The notes beneath the pieces were generated by a model that was not told the DNA's origin, did no database searches, and worked only from the letters and a program-made list of their open reading frames with translations. A DNA stretch of 63,371 nucleotides, counting the filler, from Rhabdomonas costata (taxonomy: Eukaryota), in assembly GCA_019059605.1 (NCBI GenBank). It is 41 parts of 41 records of this genome, joined end to end, with 100 filler letters (N's around TTAATTAATTAA, not from the genome) between each part and the next. Parts side by side here need not be neighbours in the genome. Positions count along the whole stretch, not along the records: positions 47,994 to 49,441 come from JAHMHO010015693.1; positions 49,542 to 50,989 come from JAHMHO010015694.1; positions 51,090 to 52,537 come from JAHMHO010015695.1; positions 52,638 to 54,085 come from JAHMHO010015696.1; positions 54,186 to 55,633 come from JAHMHO010015697.1; positions 55,734 to 57,181 come from JAHMHO010015698.1; positions 57,282 to 58,729 come from JAHMHO010015699.1; 34 more parts are not named here. One strand, 5' to 3'. Made by a program: the position numbers and the translations under genes. Shown here one piece after another: positions 47,994-58,729 of the stretch. The stretch's first letter is position 1. The number at the start of each line of letters is the position of its first letter.

Positions 47994-49441
47994 GGGGGGG
48001 CACCACCAGAGGGAGGGAGGCCGAAGGCCGACCACGTATACCCTACCAGCGGTGCCGATGCTATTCCGGGTGCCCACCCTCATGTCGGGATGTGGTGCTT
48101 GCTTTTGGCGCGCCGACGGCGCTCCCTCCAAAGAACCGCCCACCCGGCGGCGGCAAATGCACAAATCGCCCCGGTGTGGTGCTGTTGGTGGTGTTCTCTC
48201 TTGCCCACGTAAGGGAGGATTTAGCAGAACGGCCAAGGTTCATGGGGCAAAGGATTGAAGCGGCCAGCAACGAGGCGGTATTGTTGCAACCCGCTTGGTG
48301 GGTCAGGCGGTCGTTTCGACATCGCAGGCTGGGAAAAAGCTACAAGGCATCAACTGGGAGGAAATGAAAAGCAACCCGAAGATCCGGCAAACCACTCCAA
48401 CACGGAGGCTGGAAACAGCGGGTTTTTCAAAGCGCAGTTTTACGTAAGCGCGGGAAAGTGTCTCCCAAGGGCCGGCATTGGAGAAAACAGTTGGGCTGAT
48501 TCTTTGACTTTTCGTGGCCTATCCGCCTTAGGGCGCTGTGCTGCGGCCAGGTAATGTGACCGGGATTTCAAGGTAAAGGCCAACGCACATTCCGCATGAA
48601 ATGTGGTGCCCGATTCGTGCAATTGGGTTTAGTTCTTTTTGCGGGGTTTTGTTCCTGGAAGCCCGCGCGCTTACTATGTCTGTTTCTACCGATGGCGGTA
48701 AGAACCATGGTGATACGTCGTACGAATACGGGGGTTATGCCAGTGCCTACTCATCCTTAAAATATGCGCATAGAGTCCCCGAAGCGACCGACAGAAACCG
48801 AAACGGAAGACAGGATAGCTGATACAAAGAGAGCCTGTGTTCCAACCGAGACCAAATGCCGAATGCCGAATGCAGAAAACCGAGCACAAAGACCCGAACC
48901 CCAACCCAGAATGCCGATACCCTAACATCCTCAACTCGGGAACACTAACACCAACCAAAAGAAGAAACCCAACCCCGAATGCAAAAACCGAACCCCAAAT
49001 ACCAACCCCAAATTTTACGCAAGACCCAACCCCATGACCAAATGCATACATCCACCAAGAGTCACCAAGACCCTACACCACTTGGACCTACGCATACCCA
49101 ATTGGATCCCCTACCCTCGAAAATGCCCGGTGCATACGACCACGGCATGATACCACCCTAGATGCACTTGATGATACGTGTGTGATTCTTGGCGCCCCTG
49201 GGGTTTTGCTGGTCGCATGTTCCTTCGCCACGTGGTACCTATGAGTGATGGTTCAGTGATGATGCGCTCCCAGCATAAGCCGCCTACGCATATTGACCTA
49301 CCCCCTACACCCCCGGGGGGGCACCACCAGAGGGAGGGAGGCCGAAGGCCGACCACGTATACCCTACCAGCGGTGCCGATGCTATTCCGGGTGCCCACCC
49401 TCATGTCGGGATGTGGTGCTTGCTTTTGGCGCGCCGACGGC
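47994..49441. other. Contig with an exact 127-bp terminal direct repeat: a 1,321-bp circular DNA or tandem-repeat unit
   Basis: 47994-48120 is identical to 49315-49441 (127 nt, the usual k=127 de Bruijn loop overlap). It lacks the A/C-only 3' tail seen on most other contigs. Confidence 0.9.
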
Positions 49442-49837
49442 NNNNNNNNNNNNNNNNNNNNNNNNNNNNNNNNNNNNNNNNNNNNTTAATTAATTAANNN
49501 NNNNNNNNNNNNNNNNNNNNNNNNNNNNNNNNNNNNNNNNNGGTGTGGTGTTGAAAAAGCACAAGGACCATCAACCTAGAAGAGAAAAAAACTTGTTCTT
49601 TTCTCTTCTAGGTTGATGGTCCTTGTGCTTTTTCTACACCATTCCACCTGCTTTTGTACATAGTGCACTTTTGGGACTCGCCCTGCTTGGTTTGTGCTTT
49701 TCCGTTGGTTAAAAAAAGCGATTAAAACCAAGTACAAGCGATCAAAAGCGAGCACAAGTCCCAAATTCCCAGGTTATAAAAAACACAACTGCAGCCTCGA
49801 TGTTTGCTCGAATTCCGAAAACAAGTGAGAGAGCAAC

Positions 49838-50916
49838 CTGAAGACTCAACAGCTTGTCTTCGTTCATCTGGAGAGCTGCCACCACAAAGCGAAATATGGT
49901 CTTCCACTCCTCGAAGAAGAAGGAATCCCAAACCCTCTTGAGCAGCTCCCAGTGCAGTGAGTCGGCGAAAAGCGCAACGAAAACCGCAGTGAAGAACTCC
50001 ATCGGAAAGGGCTGAACAAAAAATGAGGAGAGTGGCTCTTGTGCGAAACCAAAACCGCTTGTCGTGGATTAAGTCCATTTCTCCCTCCTGATTTCCCTCC
50101 CAAAGGATAAAAACCACTCAAAAAAACATTCAGCAATTAGCGGTTTCTTCACCAAACAAGGTCACAGGAATGACACTCAATCGGCGTTCTTTGCCTTTAC
50201 TTCCCGAGAAAGGCTGAAACTGAAGAGCAAACGAACCGAGCCGCTTTTTTGCGGCGGGTACAAGCGATCGTACAACTTCCGCGTGAACTTGAAGATGACT
50301 TCCTTCAGCTGTGTTAGGCAGAGTTTCACAAAAGGGAAGTCATGGATGAGTGCGTTGTGGTAATTGTAGCGGTCCATCAAGCAAACCAGCACCCAGAAGC
50401 TGTCCTCCTCCGACATGAAAATGACCAAGACGCCAACAAAAAACGCCATTCCCTGAAAAGGAACAGCAGGTGGCAGCAACCAAGAGCTCAGCAAAATAAA
50501 ACCAGCGGCGAAGGTTTCACTTGAGTTGGCCATGTCTGCAAAAACCCACAGGTGCGCGAGACATTTACGAGACGGGACGGGTGCTAACACCAGCGGAAGA
50601 ACAAACCCACCTGCACAAAACCAACCGCAGGGTCATAGATCGCGTAAGCATGAAGCACATTGCTCAGCTTGTCTGCGGGTGGCGAAAATCGTTCTCCCCT
50701 CGAGGTTTTATAGTGAGTTCGAGGAATGTCGAGACTTATCTGCCGAGCCACGGCTTCCGGCAAAGGCTGCTTGAGCAGTGTCAAGTACTTGTGCTTGCTC
50801 TGCATCTTCAAATCAACGCTACCCGCCAGAAACTGCCACGCAACCCCACGACAACTGTCCGGAATTCCTTGCCGAACGTAGGTCTTGAGCTTGTCCTCGT
50901 GTTCTTCAGCAAACTT
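49838..50916 (-). CDS. TBC-domain Rab GTPase-activating protein, partial (exons 50916-50611, 50452-~50262, ~50011-49838)
   Basis: YVRQGIPDSCRGVAWQFLAG, Arg finger QISLDIPRT, LSNVLHAYAIYDPAVGFVQ|GMAF (Gln finger), MSEEDSFWVLVCLM and LLKRVWDSFFFE. The exon 2-3 junction is not resolved. Confidence 0.92.
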
Positions 50917-51089
50917 CTGAAAGGTTGTGTAAGACTGGCAAAAACACCCCTGCTTTATTTATTTTGAGTGAAAGCACACATATGAGAGGNNNNNNNNNNN
51001 NNNNNNNNNNNNNNNNNNNNNNNNNNNNNNNNNTTAATTAATTAANNNNNNNNNNNNNNNNNNNNNNNNNNNNNNNNNNNNNNNNNNNN

Positions 51090-52283
51090 GGTTTTGTGTC
51101 TCCACTGATATGGGTTTGCATCACTCGAAGAGCGCTTGTAGGGCTGGTGATATACCTGGTGGGCATCGCCGCTGTGGCGGCGTTTGTGGCCATGGAGCAG
51201 CCGCTTTTCCAGTGGGCAGTGGTGACTCACCACATAGTTCCTGAGATCTCCCCGACCCTGAAGGCGTGGCACTGGTTTATCAACATCGTTCAGCTGCAGA
51301 CCCTTAACTTCATGTTCTTCGGTGTTCGTCTTCCCTCCCCTGTTTTTCTTTTTCAGGGCGCACGAAAGAGGCACAAAGGCTCATGAAAGGAGGGGGAGAG
51401 TACAGTTGCGCAAGAAAAATGAAACAGTGAGGGTTACACGATGGGCCCCGAGGCCTTTGGCTCATGACCTTGCTGTTGTCCTCATCCGTGCTGCTTTTCT
51501 TTGCGGATTTTGTCGCAGGGTACATCATGGCCGCCCTGGGCACCCGAATGAAGGAGCACGAGGAGCTGCAGAAGCAGGTCGAGGAACTGACGCAGAAGGT
51601 GGTGAGCTTTGACCTTGACTCCATTGCTCCGCCCCCAGCAGGGGCACCTGCGCTGCAGCAGAGCTTGTACACCATCGTTTGCCGGATCCGTGAGTGGAAG
51701 CCGTTCATTCCAGCTGCCGTGTTCTTCTGCGACGAGGCCGACGCAGGCAGCTTGAACCCCAGCAGCCCAGTCGAGCCTGCCAAAAGTTTTGTCGTGAAGC
51801 CCGAAAAGCCCAGGCGCTCTGTCGGGGCCTCTTCTTCTCGCGGTTACGAGATCCGCAGCGAGTCCTGCGAGTCGGTGCTTCACTTGGAATCCGAACACGG
51901 AAACCCAAGTAGCTTGGGGGTTAAATCAATTGAGCCCCATCCCAAAACTGTTGCCCATGTTAGCGAATGAAGGCTCACGCCACCTGATTGAATGACGCTT
52001 TCTAACATGAGAGAAAATGCTATTGATTTATTTCGCAAATGAATTTAAAGCAAACATGACCACCTGCTTGATGATGCTCCACAAGCGTTCTTTGCAACCG
52101 GGGTGCAGGCAGAAGGAATAGAAGGATTTTTTGGTTTGTTGCGGTGACGGTGACGGTGACGTCGAATCTAAAGGGCTAGATCTGTGGCATGCTGAGTCCT
52201 GTCTCTCGACGTTCTTCAACACCGTGCACGAGTGCGTCACTGCGGAGCGTGGGGCAGTCCACCAATACTTTGGAAACCTGATG
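51090..52283 (+). CDS. Multi-TM receptor-type class III adenylate/guanylate cyclase-like protein, partial
   Basis: TM-rich exon (~51130-51321), then an exon from 51519 with a coiled coil and FDLD...IREWKPFIPAAVF (pre-catalytic xPF/YxP linker). Exon 52180-52283 reads FFNTVHECVTAERGAVHQYFGNLM (cf. GGxVxKFxGDxxM). Confidence 0.6.
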
Positions 52284-52913
52284 GTATTTCTGCTTGCAGC
52301 CTTGTGTGTCAAACCAAAGTTAACGTTGCCCCCCTCCCCGGTCACTATATTATGACATGATGTCCTTTGATTCCTTGCCCCCTCCCCATCAATGGTGGAT
52401 CGCACTTACTATCTTGTGAAAGGTTTTATATTAGGTAGTCTACAGCTTCTGCTTCTGTGAATTATTATTGCTTCCAAAAAAAACTGAAGCTGTTTGCGTC
52501 ACACACGGAAGGGATCCTGGTGCCCCTCCACCCCCCCNNNNNNNNNNNNNNNNNNNNNNNNNNNNNNNNNNNNNNNNNNNNTTAATTAATTAANNNNNNN
52601 NNNNNNNNNNNNNNNNNNNNNNNNNNNNNNNNNNNNNGGAAGGAAGTGCGAGGCAAAACCTTTTGCACCAACGAGCTCGCTAACAAGGAATGAGCAATGC
52701 TGGTGCAATTGTGTATTTATGGAATCCTTGCAGGTGATTTCTGGGAATGGGGAGGGCGATGCGTATGTGGGAGGCCACGTGCCACGATAAGGTCGGTAAG
52801 CGCCAATCACACTATTGAGGTTTCTGGTTATCTCATCAAAAACAATCAAAAGGGGACATAAACTGAGCCAAAGACCCTCGTAACTCTCGTACAGGTTGAT
52901 GACGACATACATA

Positions 52914-53776
52914 CCTGAGCACCCCCCCCTTCTCCCCAGAGGCCCGGAGTCACCCACTGGCAGCAAAGATTAGAAGACTTTCCAGATCCAACCTCAAAGC
53001 CTTCGTTTTTTTTTACGTGTTTTGGGTCTGTTCTTTTTTTGGAAAACTTATTTTATTTTACTTCCCCAAGTCCACGTTCCACAACATACTCAGCTTACAA
53101 GCACAGAGCTACCGCAAACAGCTGGTCACTTGGCGTAACATGGAAAACGGCACATCAATCACGGCAAAGCACTCGCACACATGCACGCCAAAGAACGCCT
53201 AAGAGAAGGAGCTTACCGCCTTCTCAAAGGCACTCTCTCAGGGGCAAAACAACGAAGAATCAAAGCGAAAATCAAAAAAGCAGTTCAGCATTGGTAAAAA
53301 GGGGCGCCTTGCTCACCGCTGGCCCCTCGGCACCCCTGGAGATGTCGTAGGAGGCAGTGGGGCATTGCCTCACCTTACGCAACTTTAACTATTTCTTTGC
53401 CCCTCGTTCTCTCTCTCCTTGCCCCCGGCCTTTCTCTTGGGGACGGCATCTGCCCAAGACGAAGGTTGGAGTCAACCCAAACCAACCCAAACCCATGCAT
53501 TGTGCATTGTGTATGAAGGCTCGGGGACCGCCAGAAAAAGCGGGGGCACAGCGCAGCTATGTTGAGGGCAGTTTCGGGGTGCAACCGGGCGCATATTTTT
53601 TAATGGGGTGTCAGCTTTTGTTTTCGTCAAAAGGTAACTCCCGAGAAGTTGACCAGGATGGTGCTGAGGAAGGAGCACAGGAGCTTGGGGTCGGCGGCCA
53701 TTGCAGAGGAGAAGTCGGGGAAGGTCTTTGCGCTGATCTCGTCGAACTCCCCCATCGCCGCAGTCATACACGTCAC
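52914..53776 (-). CDS. Hypothetical multi-exon gene
   Basis: ctcag|VTCMTAAMGEFDEISAKTFPDFSSAMAADPKLLCSFLSTIL..., plus further short GC-rich exons ending at gtgagc (~53316) and gtatgt (~52914). Confidence 0.4.
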
Positions 53777-54551
53777 CTGAGTTGAGAGGGCCCCAAACCT
53801 ACCCCTTCTCCCCTATCTCGAATCGACACCCTCTCCTATCCCAGGACCTGTAGGGTCCGGGGCATTTGGGAAGGGGAATTGGGGGGGGGGGGTAAACGGT
53901 ATAACGAAGTCATACCGTTTACCCCACCACCAATACCCACCCACACACTGAGCTGGGTGCGAAGGGAGAACACTGGTACGAATACTGTCAGGCACCGAGG
54001 TCGGCTCGATCATGGTCTAACACGCTGGTCTCGATTAGGCGTTAGGATGAAGGCAACTCTGGCCCCTCCAAGTGGTTGGGGACATNNNNNNNNNNNNNNN
54101 NNNNNNNNNNNNNNNNNNNNNNNNNNNNNTTAATTAATTAANNNNNNNNNNNNNNNNNNNNNNNNNNNNNNNNNNNNNNNNNNNNTGTTGTGTAGAGAGC
54201 GGGTGTCAGAAACCTTGTGTGCGTGTGTGTGTGGGTGTGTGTGTGTGTACACGCAGCTTTTGAAGAAGCGCTAATTCGGAAGCCTTCTGCGACGCCTTTT
54301 CAAGTGTCCAGGAAAAGGCCTGGAAATGATTAGGGTTCGTCGGTGTGCTCCAGCTTTAGGGTTCATATATTCGCACTCATATGCAATCAAATGGCAAATT
54401 GCTTCTGCCACCCTCCCTTGTTCAATCGAGTCTGTCTATCTCTCTCTCGTCAACTCGAATCGAATTCTTTTGAAGTGGAAGCGGTAAGCACAGGAAGGAG
54501 CATCCAGAGCGAGCCGGTGCCGGTGAGTGTGGTTGATGCTGCTGCTGTAAA

Positions 54552-54611
54552 AAAAATATTCCTTGGATGCGCTGCATACATATATATGCAGCGCACCCAA
54601 GGAATATTTTT
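54552..54611. repeat. 60-bp near-perfect palindrome upstream of acetyl-CoA synthetase
   Basis: aaaaatattccttgg-a-tgcgctgcata-c-atat-a-tatgcagcgca-c-ccaaggaatattttt is self-complementary except for two mispairs. Confidence 0.92.
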
Positions 54612-54866
54612 CTGCGCGTGTACCAAACCCTTAAACCCTTGGCGACTTTCGGGGTGTCCATTTTTGTTTTTTACATACACCGTGTACCATGTACCACCAT
54701 GTACCGAAAGACAGCTGGCAACCAAAGTCTGAAGGCCTGTGGTGGGATCAGAATCATTCTGTTTCCCTCTCTCTTTCCGTATTTGCAGCCACCCTCCCTT
54801 CTCCGATCCGGTACTTTTCTCTGGTTTTCTCTCTGTGGAATCTCTCTTTCCCTTCTTTGCTTGGGA

Positions 54867-55633
54867 ATGGCCGAGTACACCGTGGTGCCTCCCACTGCGG
54901 ACATCGTCGCGCGGTCCTGGCTGAAGAGCCTGGAGGTTGGCTGCCTGTCCTGTAAATTCTGATGCCTGCACGATGGAGCAAAAGAGCACGGGAAGGGAGG
55001 AACGGGACCGCGGAGCACTTTGGTAAGAATCCGGCATATTTCCCTTCCCCGGCGAGGTCGGTGTGTCTCTATGGATGCTCAGCAGCAGGAGTAACGTTCA
55101 CGCTATGTGAAGATGGGAAGGGACTGCTTTAAGTGCGTTGTGAAGGCGCACATTAGGCGTTGACATCCATGCCTTCCCTTCCAATCTGAGTTCCCCTGTC
55201 GCCACGATGCTCTCAATGTCTGCTCTTCTTAGGGTCGCAAGGCGCTGTACGCGAAGTCCATTGAGGACCCGAACAGCTTCTGGTCAGACTATGCCAAGTA
55301 CGTCGCCTCTCCGTGCTCTGCGCCATCTGCGCCATCCACCTTGCCTCCTTTCCCGGCTGCTCGGCTTCAGATGGGAGTGTGGGTGAGTGTGGGTCCCCCG
55401 GGTCCTCTGAGATCTCACCCAAAAATGGGCCATATCCCCCGCACCCAGACCTCGTTGAGGCTTTCAGAGAAGTACAGGGAGCTCAGTCAGAGGAACAGAG
55501 GAACGTCGGCCTAATCACAGTCCCCGTGCGCCTCTTCATCCTTGTTCCTATTTTCTGTTTTATATAGGGACAACTTCCGCTGGGAGAAGCTGTGGGAGGG
55601 CAACCAGGTCTGCAGCTACAAATACGACGTCCG
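54867..55633 (+). CDS. ACS: Acetyl-CoA synthetase (AMP-forming), N-terminal exons 54867-54935, 55233-55297, 55568->55633
   Basis: MAEYTVVPPTADIVARSWLKSLE|GRKALYAKSIEDPNSFWSDYAK|DNFRWEKLW contains the ACAS_N motif LYxxSIxDPxxFWxxxA followed by FxW. Intron phases are compatible. Confidence 0.88.
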
Positions 55634-56314
55634 NNNNNNNNNNNNNNNNNNNNNNNNNNNNNNNNNNNNNNNNNNNNTTAATTAATTAANNNNNNNNNNN
55701 NNNNNNNNNNNNNNNNNNNNNNNNNNNNNNNNNGCATCTTTCCGTTTGCTCGTCGGAAGTGCCCTCCGCACATTTTCACACACTGGCACTCTGATGACGG
55801 TCACCCGTTCCGGTGGACCAGGGACCAGCTGGCCAGAAGAACGGGCAGTCGGTGCCCGTGGTGAAGTGCAGCGTGCAATTGGAGGCGAGCGAACGGGCAA
55901 GCAGATGAAAGGAAAGGCGGTGGACAAGGGAATCGATGATCTCGGGGATCTTGCGATGACTTCACTTGCCCAAAACGGTAAGGGCAAGGGCAAGGGCACG
56001 GGGTATGGGAAAACGGAAAAACAGGAAAGAAAAATATCTCACCAGTCCCGGAAAAAAGCAACCGAGAAAGAAGGAAGCAAAGGAAGCACCGGAACGGTGA
56101 GCCAAAGGCTGTCGGATGCACGGAGTAGCTCACAGAGACACGAGCTAAAAAAAAAGAAAATAACAAAAAAAAATGTCGTTCGCATAAGAACCACTGGCAC
56201 CTCCCCAATCACCCAACCACACACACGCACACATACACACGAGCAAAACCTGCAAAACCGTGCAAGTCCACAAGATCCTATAGAACCAGTGAGTGACGTC
56301 TACCGTTCTCTCGC

Positions 56315-57076
56315 TCAACTCACTTGCTTCGCAACTCGAATGATTCCGTCGCACAGGATCGCCGACCCGTCGCCGCCAGTGGTGGTGGTAGCCTCGCACA
56401 GCTCCACCATCGCTTTGGAGGGCTGGTCCGAGGGAAGCACAGAGAGGGCCTCGTGGAACCATGGCAATGCCCCTCGAGGGTCACCGCTAATGTATAACGC
56501 GATTCCCTGCAGTCGGAGTGTGTCGAATCAAGTAAAAAAACACAAGGAATTCTTTTATATGTAAATCATTCACAGAATATTTTGACGCATCAAAATTTCG
56601 ACAGCAGCGTTCGCAGTTTGGCTGGAAGCCAGATGAAAGACAATTAAATCAAGGCAATACCCAATTCCAGGAGAAAATGACGTCCCCCCTGTCTGCACAC
56701 CTGCGGCTTTTTGTTCAACAAATGGCTTTCCAAGCACTGATTTCGTTAAGAAAAAGACGTTGTTTGATGCATCCGATCAGTTTCAGGACAGCATCTGGGA
56801 AGATAGACCTCATTTCTAAAGAAATTTAGCACTGGATGACTGTGAGACTGCTTGGGATTCATCTTTGGAGGCGCCCCCGCTTAGATAGAAAGATACAACG
56901 TTCAAAAAGAGCGAAGCAACCCGTTTCAAGTGCTTTCACAAAAATGACCCCTGTTCCCTGAAGATACAGAGAGCGAGAAAGGGCATATATGCGTACCCAC
57001 ACGTAGGCTTGCACTGCTCGCCGTAGGAGGTCCCTGGGGATCCACTGCCAGTTGTGCAGAACCTTCTGATCGAACG
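56315..57076 (-). CDS. C-terminal TPR-like tail of a class III adenylate/guanylate cyclase (exons 57076-56997 and 56506-~56315)
   Basis: AVQAYVW|GIALYISGDPRGALPWFHEALSVLPSDQPSKAMVELC...CDGIIRVAK fits the cyclase C-tail pattern GxxxYxxGxWxxAxxxF...PxDxPS...C...WDG...K. Confidence 0.6.
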
Positions 57077-57688
57077 CTGTGGTACCCCCCCACACACAAA
57101 AACAAAAAGCCCTTTACTCTTCGGAATTCCCACAGCCGCAATTCGTCCGCACTCAGGACACGCCCAGCAACACCACCCCCCNNNNNNNNNNNNNNNNNNN
57201 NNNNNNNNNNNNNNNNNNNNNNNNNTTAATTAATTAANNNNNNNNNNNNNNNNNNNNNNNNNNNNNNNNNNNNNNNNNNNNGGTTTTTTGTATGCATGGA
57301 TTGTATTTGACGTTGATGTGAGTGTGTTTTGCTGTTGTGCATGTCCATCTTCTGCCCACAAACTGCCTGTTTGCACTGTGGTGGCTTGTGTTAGTGATTC
57401 TCCTAATCTTAACTTGCAAAATGCAGTGTGCTGAATTTTTTTTAGCGGACAGCGTTGGAGGGAAGCTTCCCGTCCTCTTAAACGTAGAAGACATCGGTTG
57501 AACTTACCTGGAGGTGTTTTTGTTTCCTTTTGGCCTGTTCTTTGTGTCCATTCCTACCTCTTGCTTTTGAAATGACGCGGAGCATCTCTTCGGTGTCATC
57601 CTCCTCGCTCTTTTTTCTTCGTTCTCCTCAGGGTTGCAGCTTTGCCTGACCTGCTTTCTTCACCAATCCCGTTGCCTTTTTTTTTTGC

Positions 57689-58729
57689 ATGTCAACGATG
57701 AAGCCCCCACCAGAGCATCCCAACTCACCAGTACCCTTTTCCCAAGCAGTGTCCTCCCGACTGAGCTCAGGATTTCCCATCGACTGCCTGCAGATAATCT
57801 TCAGCTTTGCCCGGAGCCACGGGTCTGTTTGTGGGGTTTGCCGGCAGTGGTACGCACTCGCTCACCTCCGCCACGTCGTCCTCGAAGAGCCATGTTGGGC
57901 ACTTGCCTCCGAGAAGGTGGCGTTGCGGGAGATGCTTGCAAAGGCGCGAACGGTTCGGGTTTCCATTCGTGTCACAAAGAGTGGACCCCCTCCTCTCTTT
58001 GAGGCGTCCGACAAGGGGTGTGTGGAGCTTGCCGAGCTTCTGCTGCGTGGTCAGGTGGACATCAACCAGGTCCAGAAGGACAGAGCCTCTCCACTTTTCA
58101 TCTCATGCCAAAATGGCCACGTTAAGATTGTCGAGCTTCTGCTTCGCCACCATGCCGATGTAAACCTGTGCACGAAGAATGGTTTATCACCTCTTTATAT
58201 TGCCTGTCAAAACGGCCACCGCAAGCTCGTGGGGTTGCTGCTGAACAACCAGGCAGACGTAAGCCATCTGACGAAAGCAGAAGGCGCCTCCGCCGTATAC
58301 ATCGCCTCTCAAAATGGTCACCTTGAGATTGCAGCGTTGCTGCTGCGTCATCAAGCGGACGTTCACCAGACTACAGAGAGCGGGGCCTCCCCTCTTATCA
58401 TCGCCTCTGAAAGGGGCTATCGTGAGATTGTAGGGTTGCTGCTGCGTCATCAGGCGGACGTTCACCAGACTACAGAGAGGGGTTGGCATCACTCCTCTTT
58501 GGATTTACCTCCGGATATGGCTACAGCGACGTCGTGCAGCTGCTGCTGCATTACCAGGCGGACGTTAACCCGTCGGGGGAGTATCCTACCCCTCTTATGA
58601 TAGCAGCGTACTACAGTCATAGGAAGGTGGTGAAGGTGCTTTTTCAGTTCGGTGCCTGTGTGGAGGCGGAGGACGGCGAAGGGGCCACGGCGTTGAAGTG
58701 GGCTCGCCGCCCTCCGCCTCCACACCACA
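57689..58729 (+). CDS. F-box plus ankyrin-repeat protein, intronless here, with a frameshift at ~58483 (pseudogene or sequencing error)
   Basis: F-box-like FPIDCLQIIFSF...VCGVCRQWYALA, then ANK repeats (SPLFISCQNGHVKIVELLL and similar). The repeats continue in a different frame after 58483 (GYSDVVQLLLHYQADVN...TPLMIAAYYSHRKVVKVL...DGEGATALKWA). Confidence 0.88.

Noticed and set aside
49130-49170. 5S rRNA or SL-RNA repeat as the identity of the 1,321-bp unit (GCATACGACCA resembles a 5S 5' end)
   Set aside because: The similarity stops after ~11 nt. No internal 5S boxes and no spliced-leader-like exon were seen.
55746-56564. 272-aa plus-strand ORF
   Set aside because: It is low-complexity, crosses microsatellite and poly-A tracts, and overlaps a better-supported minus-strand cyclase-tail exon.
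35604-58729. An apparent signalling cluster (histidine kinase, cyclases, TBC, F-box/ANK, LRRs)
   Set aside because: The genes lie on separate, unlinked contigs, so co-location is an artefact.
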